A stretch of 41,108 nucleotides of DNA from Folioceros fuciformis. Taxonomy: Eukaryota. Below are positions 24,051-34,789 of this stretch, piece by piece. The stretch's first letter is position 1. Each line of letters starts with the position of its first letter. A model generated the notes under the pieces. That model ran no database searches and was not told where the DNA came from. It saw only the letters and a list, made by a program, of their open reading frames with translations. The stretch is taken from positions 411,689 to 452,796 of the forward strand of contig JBNGIO010006327.1 in NCBI GenBank assembly GCA_049999805.1. The letters are read 5' to 3'. A program made the position numbers and the translations under genes.

Positions 24051-25015
24051 CTAGCTACCTCTCTTACCACTTCTGCTATGTTCACCAAGGCCTTCTTCAA
24101 GCAACCTTGCAAGCATCGCTACAATTTTCAATTGGTTTTCCATATGCAATTAATCTCAACGGAGCTCATGCTGCAACATCAGTTGTTGCATGTGAAGGTG
24201 GTTTGCCATTTTGGCTGCTTCCATCTTTGCCAAACAATCAGCAAAAGATGATAAGCCTTCTACAATTTCCTTTCCCACTCTTGAAATAGAAGACCTTCTA
24301 CACTTGATTGTTTTGCCTTGTATAGTATTACTCATATTGTCATGTTCTACAGCGCTTGGCATACTTGGGCATTCTGCACGGTGCTCTTCAATTGTTTCTT
24401 GAGCTTTGGAAGTGACGTGATGGGGTGCATGCGGTGAATCACCTTGAGAAGCTTGCTCCAAATCAAATAAGTAAGTTCCACTCTTTACAGCATCTGAAGG
24501 TGAGTTAGCAATACCTTGTGAAGGCTTTGACTTACCAGGATCCAAGGCACCTGGAATCCCTTTCAATTTGGGATATTTGTCACAAAGGTCTGCCATCGCA
24601 TGGAAGTGAGGCCATGAGGAATCCGATGCTTCGTGTTGCCTTTTTTTGCTCTTTCTCCTTTCAGTACCGCTTCTTGAGATTTTCCATTTCATCTTGCACT
24701 TTTTTGTAGTCACACCAGGAAGGCCACAATTGTTGCTAACTTCAACAGCTACCTCATTCCAAGGTCTCGTAGTGAGATTACCTTGCTTGAGGTGCACCAA
24801 GTGCATCTCATGATAGACTTCTATCAAACAGTTGTTGCCTCTTCACTCTACATGAGGTTGCCATCGCACTTTGATTTGGTTATAGCATGGTTCTCCTCTG
24901 AGCCTGCAAGAAGATCATTGTCTTGGTCTTCAAAGGCTTCCCCATCGTCCACAATTGCAAGATGTCCCATGTTCAATCTTGTGAAGTCTTGGAATTCGTT
25001 CAGTGCCTTATCCAT
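24051..25015 (-). pseudogene. Degenerate Myb/SANT-like (trihelix-type) DNA-binding ORF of the Harbinger element
   Basis: M*SEEATTV/LIEVYHE..KQGNLTTRPWNEVAVEV..KKCKMKW..SSWPHFHAMADL, with TAG in place of the first conserved Trp and frameshifts. Convergent with the transposase, consistent with the two-ORF Harbinger structure. Confidence 0.8.
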
Positions 25016-25597
25016 GATTGACCGATGAAGTGTTGATTGGCGAGGAGGTGGAGTATGTGGGCTGAGGCTAAGAAAAGGCTAGAGTGCTTGTGGTGAAAGC
25101 TAGAAGTTTTGTTGTGAAGGCTAGAAGAGTCTTCATCCTGGCAAGAGGCGGACACACGAGAGAGTGGTGACCTAAGTTTTATGATTATTAATGTGGGATT
25201 GGCATCGTCCCAAAGAGTGAATCTAGCAATTTCAACACTCCAATGTTTGACTTGCATGATACTGACACTGTGGGCACTAAGGACAACTCTAAGATGCCAC
25301 CTTCTTTTCCAAGCTCTCCATTCTTGCAGCAGACACTATCTATATACCATGGCCACTACCAACAATCCCTCCTCCTAGGTATGGGCTATACACTTTATGT
25401 TTTTCTAAGACCCCTCATGTGTGATCCCTTTTCCATGCATGTGATGTAGATTGATGTGAACTTTGTTTTGGCAATGAATCTCAAGAAGAAGATAGGGAGG
25501 AATCCCCTAGTGGAGATAACAAGGAGTTCCTTGACTCTATGCAAGGAAGAAGGGCGAAGAGAAGATGATCTTCTATAGGCCTTGGAAACCAACTAAT

Positions 25598-25832
25598 CAA
25601 CGGGCTTACTTCGTTTGCTCAAAGTTTAGCTGCTATCGAGTTTGCCAAAATGTCAAATCAATTGCAGTGGCAAAGGCTATTGTTGGAACATGAGAGGAAG
25701 AACCAGTTGGAGATGCAGAAGCTCATGTTAAAACATGAGATTAGGAGAGAGCAAATTCAGATGGAGAACCAGGTTCGCATGGTAGAAGCCTTAGTTGCAA
25801 GGAGGTCTCCTAAGAAAGCAAGGGCAGGATAG
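25598..25832 (+). pseudogene. C-terminal fragment of a second, related Harbinger Myb-type ORF in the opposite orientation
   Basis: GLTSFAQSLAAIEFAKM..LEMQKLMLKHEIRREQIQMENQVRMV aligns by eye to GLSSFADCLAKMEAAKM..LHMQQLMLQHELR..HMENQLKIV of the 24 kb ORF. Confidence 0.65.
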
Positions 25833-26152
25833 AGAGAGCCTTAATGAAAAGAACTTGTGTTTCATTTTGAGGTTTGCATGCATGTCTGTGAAAGCCTTCT
25901 AATTTCTCCTTACGAGTATATGCCTATATGTTTCCATTTTGAAGTTTACATGCATGTCTGTCTCTCACAATTTTTACTTATAATTAAATCACTATGCAAC
26001 CTGCAGGTGAAACTATGGGACACTATGTTGTGAAAGCCTAATTGCAATCCATTATTGGACTATCGTAGTTTGTGAAAGGGATGTGCACATAACAGCTTGT
26101 GATAAGGATGAGGCGAGAGTTCATGAGGCTTGATGGTGATTTGCTTATTGAA

Positions 26153-26291
26153 ATTGGTTAGTTTACAACAACCTCACATCACCACAAGGCCAATTTCATT
26201 TTATTGGTTAGTTTACTACAACCTCACATCACCATGAGGCCAATTTCATTTTATTGTTTGGTTTACTACAACCTCACATGACCGCGAGGCC
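26153..26291. repeat. Tandem repeat, ~2.8 x 50 bp (ATTGGTTAGTTTACTACAACCTCACATCACCATGAGGCCAATTTCATTTT)
   Basis: Units at 26153, 26203 and 26253. Confidence 0.9.
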
Positions 26292-27531
26292 CTCTGCCTC
26301 GTGGCCTTGCCCCTCATGACAACTGAGGCCTTGCGCCATAGGCCCAAACTCAACTCAACTCGAAATTGTTATCAAACTTAAAGCCAACCCTAAATCTTTT
26401 CCCCTACCCTGCACCTCAAATAAGGTTCGGCCATGTCCGCTATGGTTTTCCATTATGAGGAGCAAATGTTTGTGTTAGGTGCCATAGTGGTCATATATGA
26501 AGTGTTAACAAAAAGTTCTAATAACCTCCCTTTTGTCCTTTCGGGTACGCCATATGTGACTCCTTCTTCCTTAATTTTTGTTGTTTCGATTAGCAATGCG
26601 TCGTCTAGCGTCACTGCCATACTTACTGCGAAGAACGCTTACGCATTAGATACCAAAGTGAACACCCTCTCTTCACCCTTTTTCTTTTCTTATTGAGTGT
26701 CTTCGTATATATCCTTGCTGTGAAACAGAAAAGTTTGGTAATTGATCTAAATTAGTCTAGGAAAGTCTGACTTGGTTTCTTTCTATTTAGAAGAGTTTGA
26801 AGGGAGGCATAAGCAAGGTAGGATTTTGGGCAAGCGCCCATGGTAGGTAGTGAGCAGCAGGTAAAGGGTCTTATGGAATTTTTTTTAGTTCTATTTTGGT
26901 AGGCTAGGATAAGAAGATACGTAGAGAGGGTACCTATGTGGGGTAGATGGAAGATACCTACATAGGTACGGAAGGTAGTTATACGGTACTTAAAGGAATT
27001 GGTAGGGAGCCTACCTCCGGCAATGGGGTAGACAGTCTATCTACGATAATGGGTGGGAATGGTAGGGAACCTACCTACGAGAGAGGGGGTAGGGAACCTA
27101 CCTACAAGGGGAACATTAGGGAGCCAATCTACGAAGGGGACATTCTCATCCTACGTAGGGAAGGGGCCTCAAGTTGAAGAACAAGTGGATCCTTTCCCTA
27201 TTGAACCTGTAGGTGGTGGTGAAGGGATGTCCTAAGAGATCCACATAGAGGAAGGTACGGTGGAAGCTCGCGGATCCAAGAGAAGATGGATCTCAATAAT
27301 AGAGGGGGGCCCGGTAGCTAAGCTCGCTGACTCTGCCTCCCATCAGGAGCAGTCCTAGCCATTCCTTTTCGAAGGGGGTGTCTAAGAATCTTTTATGGCG
27401 GTGCCGACAATCCCAATCTTCAGCAGCGCACACTATCTTAGCAATTATTGGTGGGTCTTAGCCTCATGGTAGGTGTGCGTAGTTAAAGTTGGTGGCGCCT
27501 AGTGTGAGAGAAGTGTAGCCCACCACCTACA

Positions 27532-28449
27532 TGTAGGAGAGGGTTCATGTATCGATCTCTCCTATAAGGAGGGGCTACAAAAAAAAATAAACCACAACAT
27601 TCTACACTCTTCTCATGGCGAGTTCTCATGCTCAGCAGAGCGTAGGAATCTCGTTGCCGGTTGTGTGCCATCACAGCGCCTGGTTGTGGCTAGAGTGGCA
27701 GTGGTCGAAGTGCTTGGCAGAGGGCTCATATTCTTCCATGGGCACCACTGCAAGTTGCTTTCCTTGTGAATGGTTGTTGTGTTGTTGTGGGTGTGTGGCA
27801 ATACCTGTGTGATTGTTGGCTTGAGGGTAGACTCTAGGGACAGACTCCTTGGAAGTTCTCGCGAACAGGCACAAGTACGCAACAATCGGCCCAAGGAAAA
27901 ACTTGTTGGTTGTTGGACGTAGGGAGACGAGTAGCTAGATTGTTGGGTTGAGGAAGGTGTTGTAGGGAGCCTCGTGAGGAAAGGGTATATTGAGTGTAAG
28001 GAGGTAGAAATCAATAGAGGGGAGTACGAGGGTCCTTCTAAATGAGAGAATGGTGCCCTCCCACTGTTTGGATGTGTTGCAGGAATGGTAGGTACGTGAT
28101 TGGGAGTGTTGACTATCATAGGGGAACAATAGACGTAGCTAACCATGCTCGGAGGGGAGCGATTCCGGGGAAGCCTACAACGACCGTGGGATTGATGTGG
28201 CCACGATACATGTGAGCGGGTGCCTGGTAGGGGTACCATACCTGCTTGCCCACAATTTTTCGCGCCGTTGCCGAGGAGCCAACGGTCAGCTAGGGAGGTA
28301 ATTCATTGAACCGGAAGCAAGGTTGGGTGGATGTGTGAGCAGAGTGAGTCGAAACGTGAGGACATCAAAACTTGAATTGTGGGAATTCGAAAGAGTATCT
28401 ATGTAGTGTAAGCGGGTGTTCGGTAGGGTACCACACCTGCTTGCCCATA
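27532..28449 (+). mobile_element. Remnant of a Gypsy (Athila-like) LTR retrotransposon: LTR 3' end + primer-binding site, second LTR-end copy; left boundary uncertain
   Basis: ...TGCCCACA (28254), short spacer, then TCGCGCCGTTGCCGAGGA (28260-28277), a 16/18 match to TGGCGCCGTTGCCGGGGA (complement of the plant tRNA-Asp 3' end). The ~40 bp before 28254 recur at ~28410-28449. Confidence 0.65.
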
Positions 28450-29410
28450 CTTGCTATTCCAATGGATGCATTGTTCGTTTTCGTGACTAAAGCAAAAAGA
28501 ACTCTTATTCAAAGCATATTATGCACAAAAATAATAATAATTAATCAATATATTTTCTTTACAAATCGCATTCCCTCCTTCTTCCATTTCACTTTATTGT
28601 TTAATGCCTTGCCCCTTCAACCTCCCTAACCCTACCACCATCGAAGAAAAGGCCAATCTCAATAGTTGCAAAGCCTTAATAGTGAGATAAGACCTCAATA
28701 AAAAACCACATTATAGATAGATGATCTATTATAGCGAGATGGAGAGAAACTCTTGAAGAGAAAAAGGTGATTGAAACTGTGAATGAGTAAGCCTCATCCT
28801 TGGCTTAGGCCAACCTCTCCCTTAGACTAGCTCCTACTTCAATGCAAGCATGCATGATATGGTTGGTGTGCACTAGGAGACTAGGTGCTATTGCCACAAA
28901 AATAATTTTCTTGGCCTAAACATGTTATAGCAAACTAGTTGCTGCAATCTCCTATTTAGTGATTTGACAGAACTAGAGCCATAGACTGAGCCCTTGAGAC
29001 CCACGTAGGAGAAAATCCTCTTTTGGCAATGAAGAGCAATAGTAATTGCCTTTCCCAGCCTCCACGTTGGTGCAATGTTGTCCATAGATCCGCCGATGAC
29101 TAGCTACAACGCACTTATAAGTGAAAAAGTGGCAAAATTTGCATCATGTTTTTATTATTCACGAAAGCTTCACCAATCAAGCGGCGACGTTGCTGGCCTT
29201 GGCATACAATGTGTCTTAGTTCAAGTTTTTTAGTTTGCTTGTATGCAATGTCCCCTTTGGGAAGGGAGGTTCTCTTTTATCTTAGCACCAAATGGGACAA
29301 AGTAGGAGGGTGTGTTGTAGAGAAAGGAAAGGGCTAGAGACTCTTTGTCCTCTAAAAGTGTCCTCAAAAGTAATACTATGCAAGTTTATAGGTCATCATA
29401 TTTTGAATGT

Positions 29411-29675
29411 TTGGCAAGGTGCAGGACATAGTCATCATAATTGCCTAAATTTAAACTTGATAACTTTGTCGTGTTAGTTTTTTGGCAAGGTGTACGACAT
29501 AGCTAAGTAATTGCCTAAATTTAAACTTGATAGCTTTGCCCTATATCTTTTTGGCAAGGTGCACAACATAGCTAGCCTAATTGCCTAAATTTAAACTTGA
29601 CAGCTTTGCTCTATGGTTGTTTTGGCAAGGTGCAAAGTATAGCCAAACTAATTGCATAAATTTAAACTTGACAGC
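29411..29675. repeat. Degenerate minisatellite, ~4 x 70 bp (TTGGCAAGGTG...TAATTGCCTAAATTTAAACTTGA)
   Basis: Units start near 29411, 29482, 29552 and 29622. Confidence 0.9.
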
Positions 29676-29905
29676 AATGATGACATCAATAGATGTAGAA
29701 TATTCTCCATGAACAAAAATATTCTTCTTTTGTTTCATTATTTTAAAAAATTAGACATGATATTAAAAAAATTTGCGAAATCCACGAAATATAGTGTACT
29801 TAGTGTATTGCCCATATGTGATGGAAACCTATCATTGCAAAAAAATAATTTGACAACACCTAACCTCCTAATGAGATTTTCAACTAAGCTGTTAATTAAA
29901 CAATA

Positions 29906-31495
29906 TTAGTTGGTACGTTCTGTAGTGTCTAACTCCTTTTCATTAGTTTGAGTGGCTTTTCTTATCATGCTACCAAGTTTCTTACCGTAGAGCNNNNNNN
30001 NNNNNNNNNNNNNNNNNNNNNNNNNNNNNNNNNNNNNNNNNNNNNNNNNNNNNNNNNNNNNNNNNNNNNNNNNNNNNNNNNNNNNNNNNNNNNGCTCCTT
30101 CCACTTTCTAGATGGTAGTGCAAAGAATTTCAGGGCATCCCAAGGCTCTACCAATTGATTGTCATCTCCCATTCTTTGTACTTTTTGTGTGATCCTCCTC
30201 AATTAGCTGGGCATAATCTCTTATGTTTTTAACACCAAGTTGACAACTCTTATCAAGGAGTCACCATAAGATTTTGGAGGCTAAGCCTCTACAACTTGGA
30301 GTTCCTCCTCTACTTAGCACACTTTATTGTTGAAATCGATACCCTCTATCCCAACTACACAACTTGGGCACAAGCTACCAACTTCATTTTCCATGCTCTA
30401 TTAGATTCTAGAACAACCTAATTTGCAAAACAAGGTTGACTTGATTCTCCAGGTACCATTCTCCAAACACACAACATACATAACATTTGGTGACCAGTAT
30501 GTGAATGAACTTTTATTTGAACCTTATGTATTTGAACTCATCTTACTTCAATCCTAGTTGGCCTTTGTCCTCTTTTCTACCCATTGAAGACCATGTTTGG
30601 CCGTCGACATGACCTTACCCACCATTGGCTGTTTCCCATACATTCCCATAAAGCGGTGTTTGAAGTTCATTATTCTACTATGTCCAAACCAAATGGTGTT
30701 AATGAGTGTCATAAGGCTGGTGTTATAAATTAGACCAAAATGTAATAGTGTTTTGGTATCAACTTTAGTAAGAAATGGATGAAACACAATTATTTTGTCC
30801 TCTCTAGATGTTGGGAAATAAGAATATATATTTTTTTCTAATTTAAATAAAACTAATTTTACAAATTATTATAAACTATATTATAGTTTATAAATCATTA
30901 GTTGACCATATTGTTGTTCCATAGTCAATTTCAATACGATTAAGGTATCTATCATACTAATTCTTGGCCCTCACGTATGGTCCTTAGTTTTGGCCATCAC
31001 AAACTTGACTGGATTGGCTATGCGTGAGGAATGACCCCTGAGCATCCCATATGGTCATCACCATTTTGGAGTGACTTACACATTTTACTTTCTAACATGA
31101 CATCTTCACTTCTGTCACCAAGTTTTTTCTAACACAACAACAACCTTGTGTCAAATTCTAATTCTAATTTTTGGGGGTTGCAATCTTATGGTGTTGTTAA
31201 GGATATCAACGGGTTTAGCTTAATGGTAGCAATAGCCCTTGAGGGCAACATGAGAGGTTCAAAAGCATTCACACCAAAATGCATACCCCATGAGTCATTT
31301 GGGGAAGACCCTATACTATTGTAGAGATGGGAGAAGCCAAATGGTAGTCCACGCCTAAGGAAGGTCGTCCATAGCTGGAAGTACATCTTCGATGTCTCCA
31401 TTCTTGCCCCTACACTTCTTGCACAACATACTCAAGGCCATGTAAAGCTCATAAATGTCGAGAGGAAGTTCATAGCCTCCACGAACTTTGCATAT
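29906..31495 (-). pseudogene. Heavily decayed coding-like sequence, probably a transposon ORF of unassigned family
   Basis: Protein-like minus-strand segments broken by stops (e.g. GYELPLDIYELYMALSMLCKKC, LCPSCVVGIEGIDF, EPWDALKFFALPSRKWKELYGKK). No diagnostic motif recognised. Confidence 0.3.
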
Positions 31496-32293
31496 GGATT
31501 ATCATAGGCAACTTACAGTGCTTGCAAAATGCACACAAAATTGTGCAAGTGATTGTTAACCGTTGTAATCCGCAACTGCAATATTCTACGAGTGCAAAGT
31601 GCAAGGCAATTCAGAAGGCAAACTGCAAGTGTTATGAAAGGAAAGTGTGGGCTCTTTCATAAGCGAGTCATAGATGCCGCTTTTTTACGTTGAAGAAAAG
31701 TGTGTCAACGTAGTAGTTGCGGGCTTGGTTCAGGATGGGCTGAAGCGAAGTTGCCCGCAAGCCTCCTTCGGCTGCACAGTATCTACATATTAGTATCAGA
31801 CCACCAGTCCTACACAGGCCGAAGGTGCATTTCTCCATGAAGGCAGGTCTGACTTCCCATGAACATACTATTCCCGTACATCGGTTGTGAGAGCTTGATT
31901 ATTCTGTTATTTCCCCATTTCAGTTCTGATTCGTACACATCAGTTTCCAGAGCTGGTTGTTTGAGATTTCACTTCATGTACGTCGATGGTTATAGTGGCT
32001 ACCTCGCAGACAATAGTGTAGATCATGCTACGCCCGGTCGGTGTGTAGGATGAACAGTTTACAAATGAGGCAAGCCGTGTAGAGCTAGACCACAAAACGC
32101 GAGGAGCTGCAGATAGGTTCTTGATTCACATCGTCGATGCTGAGAGCACAAAAGTTTTAACTCTGCAGACAAAAGTCACATTGACTACAAGGACGATGAT
32201 CCTGCACGGTGTGACAGTGAAGAGCTTGAGGAGCTTACGGGCAGCGAACACGAGATTGCTAGTATGATGGATGCGAGACTCGAGTGAGGTGGT

Positions 32294-32595
32294 TCACACA
32301 TTGGCGTAATCCCCGAGTCTGGTCCCAACAACCATCCAGCAGTTCTTGTAAGCACCAGTGCCCACCTGCACCAGACACACAGCACACAGCTGAGCATGAG
32401 CAGCTTGTCAATGGAGTGTTGGCGCTGACACTAGCTATTGCCTCAAGTACGAATCGCCAACCTTCTCCAAGCAGAAAGTGTACACTCGTGACTTTTCACT
32501 ACCGTCATCAGCAAGGAACTTGATCCTGACGGCTTGCAGAGCCCGCTTGTTGGCAGGTCCATGGAAGATCATGGGAGACGCCATCTACATGACAG

Positions 32596-32629
<34 letters not shown>

Positions 32630-33489
32630 GCAAGTTGAGGCGGCAGAGTCAGGGAGGTGAAACAAACTATGACCCTGACAGAGCATCCCACCTCCCAGTG
32701 AGTGCAGTTGATGATAGATGCGTACATGGGATCCCGAAGTAACTTGGCAAAATTTTCCAGCGACAGGTACTTCTCCACCGCATCCCAGGCCCTGGCTGCG
32801 GTCACTGGAGGCGTTCCCTGATGTGCGGCACAGGACAGAATGCTTATCAGGGAAAACGCGTGCATTGTGACCCAGACATGCCACCACTGGTAAGGGATAG
32901 GGAAATCATTCACACTCACTCGGCCTGCCAGCATCTCCTCCGCCCGAGCGGGCATGGCGAATGCGAATGCTGTCTTAATTCCGCTGTCCTCATCCGGCCA
33001 GTCATTCCGCATCAACGCGTCCATCTGCCACACAATTACGCAGACAAGCATTGCACCCGAGCACATCAAATCAGCAGCCGGCACAGGATCCCGCAGGATT
33101 GACGCACAAGCAGTCGCACCACGGTTGTGGGCGGTACGAGATGTTGGGTGGGCTTCCCAGCCAAGCATTCCTGACCAGCGAACCAAGTCCAGCAGCAGAA
33201 ACAGGATCACGCAGGACTGACGCACCTGCACTCGCACCACGGTTGTGGGCGGCATGAGATGACTGGGCCTCCTGTCTTCCAGCGGCCACGACTGCTGCGA
33301 GGAGTTGACGTGCCGCATGAATTGCGCCAGCAAATTGGCGCCATCTTCGCTGTCCGCGGATGCCACCAGGACCGGGACGAGCCGCGCTCTGGGCAGCAGC
33401 GCGGGCTGGTGGGAGACTGTGGGAAAGAGCTGGGGGCCGGCCCCCAGACTAATGCGGTGGACGGGTAGCGTCCGCAGCATCACAGCCAT
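32294..33489 (-). CDS. Uncharacterised, probably plastid-targeted 229-aa protein, DUF4864/NTF2-like; 5 exons
   Basis: All phase-0 GT-AG exons: 33489-33226, 33024-32920, 32817-32692, 32584-32462, 32365-32294 (690 nt). Motifs PPTTVVRVQMDALMRNDWPDEDSGIKTAFAFA and YTFCLEKVGTGAYKNCWMV. The family label is from motif resemblance only. Confidence 0.75.
32597..32626. repeat. (CA)15 microsatellite in intron 3 of the DUF4864-like gene
   Basis: Directly visible; ends ~12 nt before the acceptor at 32585. Confidence 0.95.
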
Positions 33490-33625
33490 ATCTAGGGTTG
33501 GCAGTCATCCAAAGTCCAACAATCATACAAACGTGACGCGAGAAAACACCAGGACTGCTTTCTTCAACTCGTCCGGCACATTCCAGCCTAGCCCTTTCCA
33601 GGTCCGTCAGGAGAGTCTGAGCGCC

Positions 33626-34600
33626 ATGGCCTCCGCAGCGCCGCTTGCTACTCCAGCTAACTATTGGGGCGACGAGCCGGAGGAGGAGTTCTACGCCAAG
33701 CAGGGCGTGAAGAACGCCAAGGCGCATTTCCCCACCAAGAACGGCTCCATCTTCACGCAGACGTTCCAGCCTCTGGAAGGGCCGGTGAAAGCGTTGGTGT
33801 GCTTTTCGCACGGCTACGGGAGCGACACGGGGTGGATGTTCCAGAGCATCGCCATCGAGGTGGCGCGGTGGGGGTACACTGCGGCGGCGGCCGACCTGCT
33901 GGGCCACGGCCGATCAGATGGGCTTCACGGATACGTCTTTAGCCTGGACGCCTTCGCGGAGTCCCAGCTGGAGTTCTTCCAGTCCGTGCGCGACCAGGAG
34001 CGGCACCGCGCCCTTCCGGCGTTCCTCTTCGGTGAATCCATGGGCGGGGCGGTCACCCTCTTGATGCACTTTCTGGATCCCGCGGGCTGGACTGGTGCCG
34101 TGCTCAGCGCGCCCCTGCTCAAGATTCCACAGGGAATGGTTCCTCCCTGGTGGGTGAAGCTCACGGCCTTTCCCGTGCTTAGCCTGGCAGACTCCTGGGC
34201 TGTCGTGGCCGAGAACAACATTGTCCGCAAGAGCATCCGGGACCCTGTCAAGGCCAAGGTCATCGCCTCCAACCCCAGACGCTACACAGGGAAGCCCAGA
34301 GTTGGGACCATGCGGGAGATCCAGCGCGTCTGCGACTACTTGGCTCAGAATCTCGAGCGATGCAGCCTGCCCTTCCTGGCTCTGCACGGCACCGAGGATG
34401 TGGTGGCTGACATCGAAGGAACCAAAGCGCTCTTCCAGCGATCATCCAGCTCCGACAAGACGCTGAAAATTTATGAGGAAGCCCGGCACTCGCTCATTCA
34501 GGGCGAGCCGGACGAAAGTAGAGCTGTCGTGCTGGCGGATGTCAAAGCCTGGCTGGAGGAGCGGGTGGAGAATCATAACGACCAGATGAAGGCGACATAA
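33626..34600 (+). CDS. CSE: Caffeoyl shikimate esterase (CSE/lysoPL2; monoacylglycerol-lipase-like alpha/beta hydrolase), intronless
   Basis: NYWGDEPEEEFY, HGYGSDTGWMFQ, DLLGHGRSDG, LFGESMGG (nucleophile), SNPRRYTGKPRVGTMRE, HGTEDVV, YEEARHSLIQGEP. The ATG at 33626 is the real start. Confidence 0.9.
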   Translation: MASAAPLATPANYWGDEPEEEFYAKQGVKNAKAHFPTKNGSIFTQTFQPLEGPVKALVCFSHGYGSDTGWMFQSIAIEVARWGYTAAAADLLGHGRSDGLHGYVFSLDAFAESQLEFFQSVRDQERHRALPAFLFGESMGGAVTLLMHFLDPAGWTGAVLSAPLLKIPQGMVPPWWVKLTAFPVLSLADSWAVVAENNIVRKSIRDPVKAKVIASNPRRYTGKPRVGTMREIQRVCDYLAQNLERCSLPFLALHGTEDVVADIEGTKALFQRSSSSDKTLKIYEEARHSLIQGEPDESRAVVLADVKAWLEERVENHNDQMKAT

Positions 34601-34789
34601 GCGATTTGTCAGAGAAACTCATGTGAGTGCGATTGCTGCCCATAGGATACACAGAATGACTTGCCTCACCAGCAATCAGAACGCGTACGGGTGTGACATG
34701 AGCTGGGACCACGTTTCGTTCCACAAGAATTGGATGTCTGCATCTCTACTTTCTACCCTCTCCTATCTACCCCGCAGCGGTTCCCGGTA

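Larger units (their letters stand above)
22300..25850. mobile_element. Decayed PIF/Harbinger DNA transposon region (boundaries approximate; TIRs/TSD not identified)
   Basis: Transposase remnant plus Myb ORF remnant in AT-rich, CpG-poor DNA. Confidence 0.75.

Noticed and set aside
26400..27300. Pro-rich decayed minus-strand frame as retrotransposon gag
   Set aside because: Plausible, but too degraded and no diagnostic motif, so not called.
29411..29675. Conserved blocks alternating with variable segments as a CRISPR-like array
   Set aside because: The variable parts are short and homologous to each other; it is a degenerate minisatellite.
33305..33625. 107-aa N-terminal extension of CSE in the ORF track
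   Set aside because: It starts at a TTG, overlaps exon 1 of the opposite-strand gene, and family similarity begins at ATG 33626.
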